DNA of 64,000 nt from contig NC_068983.1 in NCBI RefSeq assembly GCF_001194135.2, positions 23,130,464 to 23,194,463 of the forward strand. Direction: 5' to 3'. The position numbers and the translations under genes are program-made. Source of the stretch: Octopus bimaculoides (Eukaryota). The notes below the pieces were generated by a model. The model worked only from the letters and a program-made list of their open reading frames with translations, was not told where the DNA came from and did not search any database. How positions within the stretch are numbered: position 1 is the stretch's first letter; each line of letters opens with the position of its first letter. Of the stretch, positions 13,880 through 27,845 are shown piece by piece.

Positions 13880-15125
13880 GTCTTATTAGCTTGAAGTTAC
13901 ACTTCCAGTTCCTACTTCAATGCAGGTATACTTGGAGAAAGAGATGGGCCCTGAAAAGCTGTCTAGATGGATTACACTGGGCCTTACTCAGTTACTTAGA
14001 AATCGATTGAGAAACCTCTCACTAGTTGCAAAGTGCAAATGGTTTCTTTGACTTACCGGTGAATTCGAATTAGTCTGAATTACTCACCTCTCCCACAAGA
14101 GGTAACAACACTTTAAATCTGCTATTCACCATTGCTTCTGGAATTGTTGTCAGCTCCACTATCAGGAAACCATTTGTCAACTCCAATCACATTATAAACA
14201 TTGCCAGTCTGTTTCTTATGGGAAAAAAGAAAAGCTACTTCTGCCTTCAAACTCAAACTAGCTTTCATTTTATGATTCCAGAGATGTCACTACCTTCCTT
14301 CAGCACATCCCTAATTTAACCTATCGGAAATAAAAAGTATCAGTACCTTATAAATACATTAGAAACCCCAAAAATGCAATATGAAAGAATAAAGTAGCCT
14401 GCTTTGCTAGGAAAGAATGATGAGATGCTGAACATAAAATTCAGATTAAGCAGATGAGAGGATAATAATAGAAGGTACAACAGAGCATCCAACCATGTCA
14501 AGCAGGTGACTGAAAAACGTGTACTTAAATTTGAGGAATGCATAGCAACTAACATGAATGGTGAAGTGATCTGGAAACATATGCATTCAAAGTAGAGGCC
14601 TCACTCTCCACTTGGCATTCTTCACAGTTACCACATGGGGAAGATTACTGGTGGATACCAAAGAATACAAAGAATTTGTTGCCAAATGCTATGCTGGTAT
14701 TTTTACTGTTGAAAATCCAGATGTACCAGTTTCATCATTACTGATATAAAATTCCATAACATCTGTTGAATTTTCTCCTGTAATGCTGCAATGTCATCTC
14801 ATGCATATGTACAACTATCCCTTCTATGGTTTGGATGGTGTCACTTATCTGCTTTACAAACACAGTAGGCTCTTTCTACTGAACCAGCCTTCACTACTTT
14901 TCCAACTACCATCCATTTAATCTCACAAGCTTTATTGCCAAATTAATGGAGTCCCATGTCAGAGAGATGTTTTGGAATTCTCATAGCTTTATTTGACCCT
15001 CATAATTTGAATTTAATCCCTGAAGTTAACTGCTGTCACCAGTTCATCAAATTTCTTGACAACATCACCTGCATCACAGACGATAGCTCAGGATTGGATG
15101 TTATCTATTCAATATTTCTATCAGA
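13880..15125 (+). mobile_element. Decayed CR1-type LINE (APE endonuclease to RT start)
   Basis: TSPTRGNNTLNLLFT (endonuclease, ~14086), FTVENPDVP and ITSVEFSP (~14700-14780), and FIKFLDNITCITDDSSGLDVIY (~15045-15110), with many stops. Confidence 0.75.
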
Positions 15126-16155
15126 CTGAATAAATTGTAAGTGAAAACAAAGTAACAAAACAAAAAAATACAGAAACAGATGAACAAAATTACATTAACC
15201 TTAACATTTCATAAGTTGTGTATTTGTAAATCTGATTATATCCTTTCATATTCTTCAGATGGTGTAAATGGACAGAATGGATACTTTCCCACACCCAATC
15301 TTTGTCTGTATTATACAATGTTTTGTTAACTTATGATTCATCTTGTAAGATAAATTAGAAACAGTGGCTCTTGTTTTGGTAAGGTGACAGCAGAGATGAC
15401 AGAAAGGAAAAAGAATGCTATGATGCTGACTAAAAGAATTTGGACATTTTATAATACTGCTAATGATGTATTGGCAATACTGTCAGAATATGCAGAAATC
15501 TTTGTGGTCTCTTGTCAACAGCTCATGAAGAGAATGTCCTACTCTACAAGCTGTAAGTAGAATATATAGTTTTATTATTATTAAGGGTCACCCTCAACTG
15601 TTATAAATTGTGTGTACACAGTGCAAACACAAATGATCATGTGATTGATCTCTCTCTCTCACTTTCTCTCTGAAAATTTGTTTAAATGGGTAATCAGCTT
15701 ATGAAGTGACATTATTACACATTTTGCAAAACATTTACAGCAAATATACTAAATTAAAGCAAGGTGAATATTTATTATTCATCTTACTTAATATTAATAT
15801 GTAAAAGCACCCACTACACTCTCAGAGTGGTTGGCGTTAGGAAGGGCATCCAGCTGTAGAAACTCTGCCAAATCAGATTGGAGCCTGGTGTAGCCATCCG
15901 GTTCACCAGTCCTCAGTCAAATCGTCCAACCCATGCTAGCATGGAAAGCGGACGTTAAACGATGATGATGATGTTTCAAATTTTGACACAAGGCTAGCCA
16001 TTTTGGGGATGGGGGGGATAAGTCAATTACATTAACCCCAGTACTCAACTGGTACTTTTTTTTTATCAACCCCAAAAGGATGAAAGGCAAAAGTGATCTC
16101 AACAGAATTTGAACTCAGAACTTAAAGACAGATGAAATGCTGCTAAGCATTTTGT

Positions 16156-16356
16156 CAGTGGTTCTCAACCTTTTTAATGTGAGTCAGATTCAAAATCTAG
16201 ATTTTTTTTTAGGGGGCTCATACTAAAAAAAAAAAGCAAGAAACAAGCCAATTAAAGAAAAATTCATTCTATCTATAGAGGGAAGACTGTTGAAGGCTGA
16301 TAGGAGGATGCTTGAGGGCCACATGTGGCCCTGGGAGCTGCGATTGAGAACCACTG
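16156..16356. mobile_element. hAT-Charlie MITE
   Basis: TIRs CAGTGGTTCTCAA / TTGAGAACCACTG; inserted at the edge of a SINE; no clean TSD. Confidence 0.8.
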
Positions 16357-17574
16357 ACTTAGATGCTCAGTGATTGGTTTATTGCTTTATAACCTTGGTT
16401 GTATCCATCGATAAGGAGGACATATAACTACCAATAATGAAGAAAACTCTTTTTTTCCACCCATGTCGTGAGCACCTTGAAATAGTTGAGCACTGCTCTT
16501 CTGACTAAGCCATTAAAAAATTTTCCTTATCATTAAAATGTTAAAAACTAGGGGAAAAATAGTGAATATCCAGCTCTTCTTTTTCAAGAATCAAGTTAAA
16601 CTCCCTATGAGCTGGTTTCGATTCATGGTTGTGGCATTTCCATTAAATCACTTGTATTCTTGAAAAAGTCATGCAGGTTTGCACCATCTCATTTCTTCAA
16701 CCATTAGAGATTCAAGGAAAATACCTGATGTATTTAATTGTGACACACTTTACATTCTGAGTTCAAATCCAGCGGAGACCAGTGTTATCTTCTGTCTTTC
16801 CGGGGTCAACGAAATATTGTACCTGCCAAGTACTAGATTGGGTACTTTTTGGTTATCACACTCCCATTAAAAATTTGGGTTATCTCCCCATTAAAAAGTT
16901 AATGTGGCAACAAGAGATAGGATTAAAAGAGTTAGATCCTTTTGATTCAGTACTTTAACACATTGTTGACGTTTGGTCTCCTCAATAAGCATAGAATGAT
17001 TTGTTATAAAAATGTTATTAGATTCAGTAAGATGTTTAATTTTTTCATTTTCATGTTTATTAATTTTTTCAGTTTTGTAGGATTTGTTATAAAAATATTA
17101 TCAGATTCAAAACGATATTTCATCTCTTCACTTTTTGTGTTTATTAATTTTTTCATTTTTTAAATTTTATTGAGGGTTAAACAATTTTTTTAATTGAAGG
17201 AGACAAACAAAAGTACCGATATTTCTCATAAAACTGGTGGAGATAACATGTGGAATTATAACAAGAAGTACACTTATAAATAAGAGGTCTTCCTTCTAAC
17301 GTTTAAAAGACTATTATAAATAAGCTAGCTTCGCTTGAGGCAGGGAACCTATGTTACAGGGAACCGTATCTATGAAATGCTAGACATATTTTCTGCAAAG
17401 CTATTTGCGACAAAATTATTTTCATACTGTAAATAATCCCATATTTATATGGAAAAACAAAAACTAATAAATTAGTATTGATTTAATTATCTTATTTGTG
17501 TTATTTTATATTAAAAATATGTAAAAAGCAAAGAGAAGAACCAAAATTATTTATGTCTATTATATAAAACAAAA

Positions 17575-17648
17575 CTGTTGCTCCATCTTTTCGTAGCTGC
17601 GCTGACATTGTGATAGCAATTTAAGCTGTTCCTTCATCGGATTTAACC
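17575..17648 (+). promoter_or_regulatory. Probable TOMM20 TSS/5'UTR region
   Basis: The sequence shifts from AT-rich to CpG-containing (ctccatcttttcgtagctgcgctgac) immediately upstream of the ATG, and includes a CCATCTT YY1-like motif. Inference only. Confidence 0.35.
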
Positions 17649-17772
17649 ATGTTACCTAAGTCACCTCTTGGGATTGCTGCTGCCGGTGTAGGGATATGTT
17701 TTTTAGGTTATTGCATTTATTTTGATCACAAAAGAAGGAGCGACCCATCATTTAAACAGAAACTTCGTGAAA
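17649..17772 (+). CDS. TOMM20: TOMM20 coding exon 1 (N-terminal signal-anchor TM)
   Basis: ATG at 17649; MLPKSPLGIAAAGVGICFLGYCIYFDHKRRSDPSFKQKLRE; donor A|gttagt (phase 1). Confidence 0.95.
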
Positions 17773-20700
17773 GTTAGTACAGATAACATTTATGCTGTTT
17801 TTTCAACCCCAAAAAATGTATATAATCTGCCATCATGAATATAATTTTCTCATGTTTCTTTCTCTCACATCTTCATTTTATGATACAGATATTATGAAAT
17901 GGTCGAATAATAATAGTAGAAATCTTTACATATGTGTTTTTTGACTGGATGTATTCGAATTATTTTGTCATGCCTGTAAAAATTGCAGCTTTCGTGTTTT
18001 TATTTCCTACTTCATTAGGATACGTAAGTCGCGACCTCTAAGGTGTCATCTGCCCGGTTTTTCATCTTCAGACCCACGTTGGTTTTACTTCATACTCCAG
18101 TTTCTCCTCTTTTTTATGTAACATCTCATTTATTCTGTTTTCGTTTTTCTTATGTCTATTTAATGATATAAATGTAATATTCTTATATTCGAAAATTGAT
18201 TGATATGTTCACATTCAGTTTAATAATCGATATTGGTTTATTGCCAGAATTGTTTCTATTCGATATAAGACTTAATCCTTTACGTCCTGTGTTCAGATCC
18301 CGACAGAGTCTATCCACTGTGCTTTTTAACCTTTCGGGTTGGTAAAATAAAGTACGAGTAAATTGCTTAATTTTTGTGAATCAAATTAATTTTCCTCTTC
18401 CTCGTAAGTGTAATTAGTCAGGCGTCATTTTATTACTGTTGTAAATTATTAATATTCTTCTATATACAAACGAGAGAAAGGGAACATCAATTCGATAAAA
18501 TTTACATACGAAATATTTCACTATTAGTGCGCTTTAACCCCACACGACCTGCTTGAAATGGTTAATATCTGGTGTGGCTCTAGATATTAACCCTTGAAAT
18601 AAAATAGAAAATTAAATTAACCCAGAAATTAGCTGAAGAGGGTGAGGTTAGTTTTACCGATTTAATTACTCTGACAAAGCCCACAACTTATTTTTGTGAG
18701 CTAGAATTAATATTTTCAATATAGATATTAACAGTGTTTGTACTGTGGCGGCTTTATTTATTTCTATTAATAATTTCATTGAAAGTAATACCATTGACCT
18801 GGTGCGAGTGTTTCATTGAGAGAGTATTCGTACGTTTTTTTTATTTACCATAACTACAATTTAGTACCCCATCTCCATGACTTTGTTTCCGAATAATTTT
18901 TTAATGAGATATTGCAGATACGTTTTCGAGAATGTTGTATTAGTATTATGGTTTTTTTCCCCCCACTAAATTTTGCCAAAGTCATTGTAATCTATACGCT
19001 CGAAAATATTTGTGCAATTTACAAATGTGCATTTTTAGTATAGTTGTGAAGAAACAAAAGTTGGGAGAATAATCTAAAAAAAATCCTGAAAATATTATTT
19101 TCAGGAGGCCCCAAACTGTAGTAAGGCTTTTTACTTTATATATTTTTTTTACTCCTGTAAATAGCATTCTTTTTCGATAAATAATCTTGATTAAATAATA
19201 ATAGGTAGAGACGGACTATATGTAATCTGAACCTTTCCCCCCCTTATTTATTAATTTTTTTCTCGGAATCCCACGTTTTAGGCTATGGAGATTCCGATTC
19301 TGAAAGAAAATTGTTTGAAAAATTTCAANNNNNNNNNNAATAACAGCCAAATCTCACAAAACTAGGGTTAGGGTTAGGGTTACGGTCAGGGTCAGGGTTA
19401 GGGTTAGGTTTACCCTGTGGTAAAACCGGAGGGAGGGAATCGAAATTTTGAAATTGAGATTTTTGAAAAACATTTTTTCAGAATCGGAATCTCCATAGCC
19501 TAAAACGTGGGATTCCGTAAAAAAAAGAAAAAAATAAGGGGGGAAAGGTTCAGATTACATATAGTCCATCTGGACCAGAAGGTGGACATAGCTGCGATTT
19601 GGGGGAAGTATCGAAATATAAAATTACTACTGAGACTAAAGAGAAAAAAAGAGGGGGGGGGGATTAATCAACGAAAATTAGGTTGCATGTCAGCTGTGCT
19701 TTGTTTTACCCCGATCCAGTTTTACCAGTCAAATCAGGAGTCATTTTTTTAGTACACACCCATCCACGCACACAAAAACTTGTGGAATTAAAGAAATCAA
19801 TGAGGATTTTCTCAAGCTATTACTTATTGATAGCTGTACTCTTTGGAAGAAAGTAATTTTAAGATCATCTTTTATTGTAGCATATCGATTTCATGAAGGA
19901 GCCTTTCCAAACATCTTCACCACTCGTTTCATCATAATGCTATTCTTTCAAGGACGAATTATTATTTTTTTTTTTTTAAGCGATTCGACATATAGAAAAC
20001 GATGAATTAAGTACAGAGGTCGATATGACGGACTAAAATCCACGAAAGATGTACCCCTACATGACAACAGTTTAATGACTGAAATCTGTTAAAGTATTTT
20101 AAACGATCAGCTGGAACGTTCATTAAGTAATCTGTCCTAATTAGTTCGTGTGAAAGTAAGCATTTCAAGATAATGCTCTTGGGTCAAATACTTATATAAT
20201 ACTAGATAGAAAAATAATAATTACTTCTGGCTGCTTACTTATTAAAAACTTCTTAGAAGGGTTACATTGTGTAAAGTGAATCTTGATGTCTTCGTTGTAC
20301 TTATGATGATTTACTGTTGTAAATGTTTATTGAAAATAAATTCAGAAACTATATAATAATGGTTTCATAGTATGGCACAGAACCAGCAATTTTAGGGGAG
20401 AGTTAAATCAATTACATTAACCCAAGTGCTAAACTGGTACTTATTTATCAATTCTGAAAGGATGGAATGCAAAGTTGACCTCAGTGGAATCTGAGCTGAG
20501 CATAAAAAGCCGGAAGAAATGCTGTGAAGCATTGTGTCTGATGCATCAACGATTCTGCCACTTCATCGCTAATTAGAAATTAAGTAAATTAGGCACAGGA
20601 GTGGCTGTGTGGTAAGTAGCTTGCTTCCCAACCACATGGTTCTGGGTTCAGTCCCACTGCGTGGCACCTTGGGCAAGTGTCTTCTACTATAGCCTCGGGC

Positions 20701-23700
20701 CGACCAAAGCTTTGTGAGTGGATTTGGTAGACGGAAACTAAAAGAAGTCTGTCGTATATATATATGTATGTGTGTCTGTTTGTCCCCCCACCATCGCTTG
20801 ACAACCGATGCTGGTGTGTTTACGTCCCCGTAGCTTAGCGGTTCGGCAAAAGACACCGATAGAATAAGTACTAGGTTTACAAAGAATAAGTCCTGGGGTC
20901 GATTTGCTCGACTAAAGGCGGTGCTCCAGCATGGCCGCAGTTAACTGACTGAAACAAGTAAAAGAGTAAATAGTAAAAGTTGTTTTAAGTAGTAGTTGTA
21001 AAGTTATTGTTGAATGAACTAGAGGTGATGCTATATCAGCTTCTACAATGTAGAGGAGAAAACTATAACTGTCTGTAGTCAGTTGCAGCAGTGAGCTCAC
21101 TAAAAGATTCTACCAAACTGTTATTGTTGGTTTTCTTCTCGTTATGGCCAGTCAAAATCTATTGCAGACATTCAAGTCTCGATGTCTTGAGAGTACTTCT
21201 GTATGTTGCTAAGCTTTATAAATAAACTCAAAGAGGATCGAAGCAACTAAGGCCCTAGCTTGTAATGGGTTAAGCAATGTCTAAGAAATGGCTTTGTTCA
21301 GTGCAGGGAACCAGAACATTTTGATATAATATATAGAAGACCAAGGGCAGTAAAGGTAGATAAGTTCTGTTTACTCATTATTGGGGGTGGAATTGGTAAT
21401 TGCAGACTGGATATTTTTCAAACAAGATGAAAGATACTTGTATCTATTGACGACATAAATTATCTGTGCAAAAGGCATGATTGTAAGTGAATGTAATAGT
21501 ATATGGTATTGAATACAGAGGAAAGGGAACTAAATTGTGTATACGTATATGTTGGATGAAAAAGAATTGCGAAATGGTTGTAAAAAATACATAACATAGG
21601 CCAGATGCAGCTTGGAATCGTAAAATGAAAAACTTTACCTGAGATTATCCTGACAATCTGAAGGCAAAAACGCTTCCTAAGAGTGTTTGAGAAAGAAAAA
21701 ACAAGGGAGATAATTCCAATATTCTCATCTGGTTCTATAGTTTACTTCTATTGAATTATGTAACAAATTTGTTGTTTGTATGATCAGGTCCTGTGACATT
21801 GAAGCAAACTTGTAACTAAGAGTATCTTTATATCATTTTGCATTCGGAATGGCTTCACTTTGTGCATTAGTGTTTTAGAAAATGTCTATAATATCAAAAT
21901 ATCGGGTTTCTCGAGAGTTTTAAATTATATTCTAACGTATTTTAAATATTTACACATTCAGATGACTGTCAAATATGTTTATTCACATTGTTTTGAATTA
22001 TCATGCATTATCTTATTGAGATTTTGATGTGGTTTATTTTTAGAACGACATTGTAGGGGTGTGAGAGGCCAGATCTGACCAGGTTGAATATTTGAACTGG
22101 ATATGGTCAGTTTGAATGCTAACAAGTTAAATGTAATAAATTTTCATGGATTTTATTTAATCTCAGGTGCTTTTTAGTTTAATTATCTATGCAGTAGTAT
22201 TTTGATATTTAGAAACTTTTCTGCAGGAAATTACTTTGTATCTAATTACTGTATCTTTCTAATTTAGGACGAGAGAAGCAGCGTCAGAATGCCAAAAAAC
22301 GACCTAATCCAGTAAGTAAAAATACTTTTAAAATATTTTATTTAAGCAAAAACGGTTTATAATCTATGACAAAAATATATTTTCTTAGTTTGTCTTGTAT
22401 GAAAGATATATAATTAAAGCTACCCCATTCCTTTTACTTTAGATCAGTGGTTCCCAAACTTTTTAGAGACGCANNNNNNNNNNNNNNNNNNNNNNNNNNN
22501 NNNNNNNNNNNNNNNNNNNNNNNNNNNNNNNNNNNNNNNNNNNNNNNNNNNNNNNNNNNNNNNNNNNNNNNNNNNNNNNNNNNNNNNNNNNNNNNNNNNN
22601 NNNNNNNNNNNNNNNNNNNNNNNNNNNNNNNNNNNNNNNNNNNNNNNNNNNNNNNNNNNNNNNNNNNNNNACCCTATGGGCAGGTATTAACTCTAATACA
22701 AAACCTCGAAGCAGTAACTGTTATCGGCTCAATCAGTGTTGTACTGCGCCTAGTTAAAGTTCTCTATAAATAGGTAAAAACAGACTTTTCCTTTTTTTCG
22801 ATTACACACGAATAAATAACTTGAGAAAATGACCACCTCTGATTTGTTAAGTTCATGAAAAAAGCCTACTGCTTGATAAAACAACCAGTCTGGTATTGAA
22901 AACATGAGTCTTGAACTATCTCGATAGACAGCAGTTAATCAAAGCTAATGCATAATTTTATAACTTTTTGCGACCCACTAGGATTCCGTTCACGACCCAT
23001 CAGTGGGTCGCGACTCATAGTTTGAGAACCACTGCTTTAGATGATTAGGTTCAAAAGCTGTTAGATACTTATCTCTAACACCATCTTATTCGGTTATTTT
23101 CTTAACCCCCTTGATACTAACCCACCTGAAACCACTCCCAGTTCAGTGATATAAACTTTCCATTTTAAACTGATATGAATTTTTAAAATCCATTAAAATT
23201 TCATATTGATTTATGTTCCAAGTAGTAGCTAAATAATGACAAAATTGTATTATTTAAATTATCTTACTTTCATAATTAATCGAAACAAAAGTATTTCAAC
23301 AGAAATATGGTAACAAAAGGGTTACCATATTTTGTTCTTGCTAGCATTTGCTGCCATTTAAACCCCAACTATCTTTTTATATTTAATCTGTCTCCTAGTT
23401 TAAACAATCTGATCCTTAGGTCCCATTGGTGGAGTTCACTATGTTGCTAGCGTTTAGATCGTCTGGAGGTGCTGCTCTTTCTCTTTTCACCAAACCTTTT
23501 GAGCCAGAAAGTTCCTTCGAATATATAACTATTCAGATTTCCAATGCACTTTCAGCTTTACATTCTCAGTTTTTCTTCTCCAACCTTTGCTAAGCTCTAG
23601 TTGTCTTTTGATGCATGCATTCCTGAAAATATCATTTTGAAACATAAAGAAGAAAGTGACTACATTTACAATGTATTATATTCTTAAATTCTATACGATT

Positions 23701-26700
23701 ATTCTAATTATGCAACAAACAAATTAGCTAGTTAGAAAATCTCTCTGAGATGAAAGCAGTAACCATACTGAGAAGTAATGGTTATCACCAGTTGCAATAA
23801 CCATTATTCTAATCTTTCTTTCTGTTAATCAAGTGGCCTTGTCACCCAACTCGGTGGCTCTCAAATTGATGAATACCAGCCCTCTCCTCCTTATTAATGA
23901 GAAGACCATCCTTTCAGGGTTGATGAAATGAGTACCAATTGAGCATGGGGGTCAATATAATCGACTAGCCCTCTGCCTCAGATTCCAGGTCTTGTGTCTA
24001 TAGCAGAAAGAAGTTTTATTAAACATGGCAATTTGTTCACCTCCTTTTCAATCTATATCTTCCACTTATCAAGGGAGGCCTTCTTTCCATTACAACAAAT
24101 ATTAACTTAATGGATTATTTTTATATTTTGGGGGTACAACCCAAATAGCAGATGTAACATCTGGATTATGCCTGTTGTTCATTTTGTGTATTGAGACATG
24201 GTAATTTTTACCACATTTTGAAATAGAAAACCACAGAACAATTAGTAAATGTTCAATAAAAGACTTTGATGCAATTAATCATTTAAAATAATTATTTGTT
24301 GGAATTGAATCTCAAAGCATTTATAAAGCTATTGTATGTGCTTTGAGATCCAGTTCCAGAAGAGAATTATTTCACAGATTTTGTACACTCTGTAAAGTGG
24401 TTGGCATTAGGAAGGCATCCAACTGTAAAAACCATGCCAAAACAGACAGTAGAGCTTGGTGCAGTCCTCTGGCTTGCCAGCTTCTGTCATACCTTCCAAT
24501 CCATGCCAGCATGGAAGATAGATGTTAGATGATGATGATGACATTTACATTTGTTAATTCTTTTTACTTTTCTAGCTTCCTCCAATGAATAGCCCTCTGG
24601 AAATGCAGAAATTTTTCTTACAAGAAGTTCATAACGGTGAAGAATTATTAGGTCAAGGTATATATATATTTTGTTCTTTTTATAAACATTTTCCACTTTT
24701 AGTTAAAATTAATAGTTCAAGTGTGCCATTTTATCCTTAGATTTACTAAGGATTTAGAAAATGTGCCCTGCAAGACTAATTGTGATTCACTGTTTAGTGG
24801 TGACAAGAGCTAGGAACATTCGTCGCTATATTATCGTCAAAGATGAAGTGGAAAATAAAGAAATTTCACTGAAACATAGTAACTTTTTTTTTCTGAGAGT
24901 TTTTCTTCAGTTTTCTTTCATAACAATATTTAGAATAAGTAAGTAATATTTGTTTGCATTATCTACAGAGAAAGGTGTAAGTTAAATGAAAAAAAACTAT
25001 CACAGAGCAGTTATTTTCAGTTTAACTGAAATGGTCTCAGTTTAGCACGCTTGTCGTGGTACCTTGTCATATCTAAGATTTAATTCCAAACAACATGTGA
25101 TATTTCATCTTGTTTCATTTTAATACAGAAATTATGTAATTACTTAATTGGCCGTGCTTTTGTCATTGTGTGTCTACTAAACCAGGCAGCTTATAAAAAA
25201 AATGATGTAAACATTTTTTGTAAAGAAGGAAATGCTTAAGAGAAAGTCAGTTGCAAATAGGAAACTTAAGGATAAGTTGTTGGATCAGGACAATATGTTC
25301 AAAGAGTTTTTTGTTTAATGACTGGTATAAAAATAAAGTAGCAGTGAGAAAGTGATATTTTTGTCAATTTTTAAAAAGAGAAAGGAGTTACATTTTATAA
25401 TTGCTGAGAAAATATTTCAATTAGTCTTGTAGACCTACGATGATCATGTAGCTTAGCCACAGGTCGGATGGGATCATCCAAATATTTTTCCCCTCCAATT
25501 TTAGTGAATCTAAGATTATATTCTCCTATGCATCTTTGGAGTTTTTTTTTTTTTTAAGAGTGTGTGATTTAATAGAACTTTATCTGCTAATCAAGTGAGT
25601 GTGGAAAGACCTCTCAATTTGGCTCAAAACTTGAGAGGTTTAGAAAGGGAACTTGAAGTAGTATTTATCTAAACTAAATTTACAAAATAACAAAATCAAG
25701 AAACTACAGAACTGTCTAGACTGACTATAAACATTAAACTAGTAATGATGATAAGATGACACATTAGAGATCTTAATATTAAATGGGGTTTTTTCCTATG
25801 AAGAATTTAATGGGGAAAAAAGTTGTTGTTTTTTTTTTAAATACTGAATAAAGTGATTTGTTTGTTGAAAAGATCCAAGTTGTGCTGACTTCACGCTCTG
25901 TTTAGGGACCAGTTTTGTATTATTAACCAACCTATTTTGATGTGTGAACCAGTTAAATGTGAACATATATTTGTTTCCCATTATTAGCATATAAATTAGT
26001 TCTCAGTGAAATCTAACAAAAATTGCTCTTATTGGTGTCTGCATAGTTCCCTGTAGCAAAGATGTGTGCTTATTTGTTTTCTGTGTTCATCATAATTGAG
26101 CCAAATTTCACTCTCCCCCATCCCTCATTGCTGTTTGATAGAAATAAATGCTTGCAATTTTAAGACAGTCTTGTACACCAGTACTGAAGGCTAAAATATC
26201 AGTATTCATGTATACTAATAAGTTTTCAATGTTGCACTTGTTAGATGTGTAATACTGTAGAATACGAGTGCCAGCATAGTCTTGTAGTTAAGAAGTTTGC
26301 TTTGCAGTCACATGCTTCCACTACATAACAACTTGGGGAAAGTGTCCATAAGTCATGGTTTCTTTCACAGTTTTCTCTCCCGTTCATGGCAATCCTTTGA
26401 AATGGCAATTTCATAGAACTTTAAAGGCTTAGCTATGCATGTGTGTATAAAAGAAAACTTAATATTATATAGTTGATTATTGTTTTATCGTTGTCTCTTG
26501 TTTTAGGCGATATTAATGGAGGAATAGAGCATCTCAGTAATGCTGTTGCTGTCTGTAGTCAGCCTCATCAGTTGCTCCAAGTACTACAGCAGACACTTCC
26601 AGGCCATGTATTCCAGAAGCTATTAGAGCAACTACCAACTGTAACACAAGTGAGTATCATTTAACTGTTGTTCATATATATATTATCATAGTTATTATTA

Positions 26701-27802
26701 CAAGAGCAGAGTAAGATGGCGAGCTGGCAGAATTGTTAGCATGCCAGGCAAAATGCTTAGGGTCTTTACATTCTGAGTTCAAATTCCACCGAGGTCGACT
26801 TTATCTTTCATCCTTTCGGGGTCAACAAATTAAGTACCAGTCAAGTACTGGGGTTAATGAAATCGATTATCCCCCCCCCCCCACAAATTCCAGGTCTTGT
26901 GCTTATAGTAGGAAGGATTATTATAAAGGCAGTGGATTAACAGAATCATTAGAGCATTGAACAGAATACTTTGCAATATGTCTTCCCATTAATTATGTTC
27001 TGAGTTCAAATACTGTTGAAGTCGACTTTGCTTTTCATCACTTTGGGGTCAATAAAGCAAATGACCAGTCAAATGCTGGGGTAAGTGATAATGGGTAATG
27101 CTAACCCTTCAAAACTGCTGTTCTTGTGTCTGACAAAGAATACAGAAGTGCATTTTTTTAAGGTTTGATAATATAACAGTACTATACCAGGACCAATTCG
27201 TCTAGCTGTATTCTATCCCTTAAACAATTGGCTTGTGTCTTGGAGACCTTTCTCATAATTATTTTAGTTCTAATCTTTTGACTCATTAAAATTCATAATT
27301 TAAGAAACTGCAAAATACTTAATCAGCTGATCTAGAGATATCCAAGTGGATAAGAGCTTCATTTCCCCATTTACATGGTTCTCACTTCAATCCTGGTACA
27401 CAACATCTTGAGTCAAGTTTCTCATACCATAGCTTCCGGTCAAATGAAACTGAATAGATGGAAACTGTGGAAGCCCATTGATTGGATTGTACCTATTCTT
27501 GTGTAATAGATTTAATTGCTCAGTTTAACACCATTACCACCTGAACCTTGGATGCCTTCAGTAGAGTCCACTCTCTTGCAAGCATTTAGACTAGGTTCAT
27601 GGTCATATGATTTGATATCTTGATTTGCACCTATTGCAGCAATCTGAGTTGTGGTTTCTTCCTGCTTTGTTTCCATAGATATAGGAGGACTAGAAAAGTT
27701 ATGAATACTGCTCAACTTCCTTTAAACCCCACCAATATTTTTTTAACTGTACCTCTCTCCATTACAAGAATTTAGTTTGTACCTGAAAAAGAAATCATTA
27801 CT

Positions 27803-27845
<43 letters not shown>

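Noticed and set aside
17773-22267. Search for a SNORA14-like H/ACA snoRNA in TOMM20 intron 1 (as in human)
   Set aside because: No convincing two-hairpin H/ACA structure found by eye (weak candidates near 19875-19950 and 21160-21320). An Infernal search would be needed to exclude one.
27512-27715. 67-aa ORF in TOMM20 intron 4
   Set aside because: The sequence is shared in reverse with ~62100-62220, so it is a dispersed repeat with no protein similarity.
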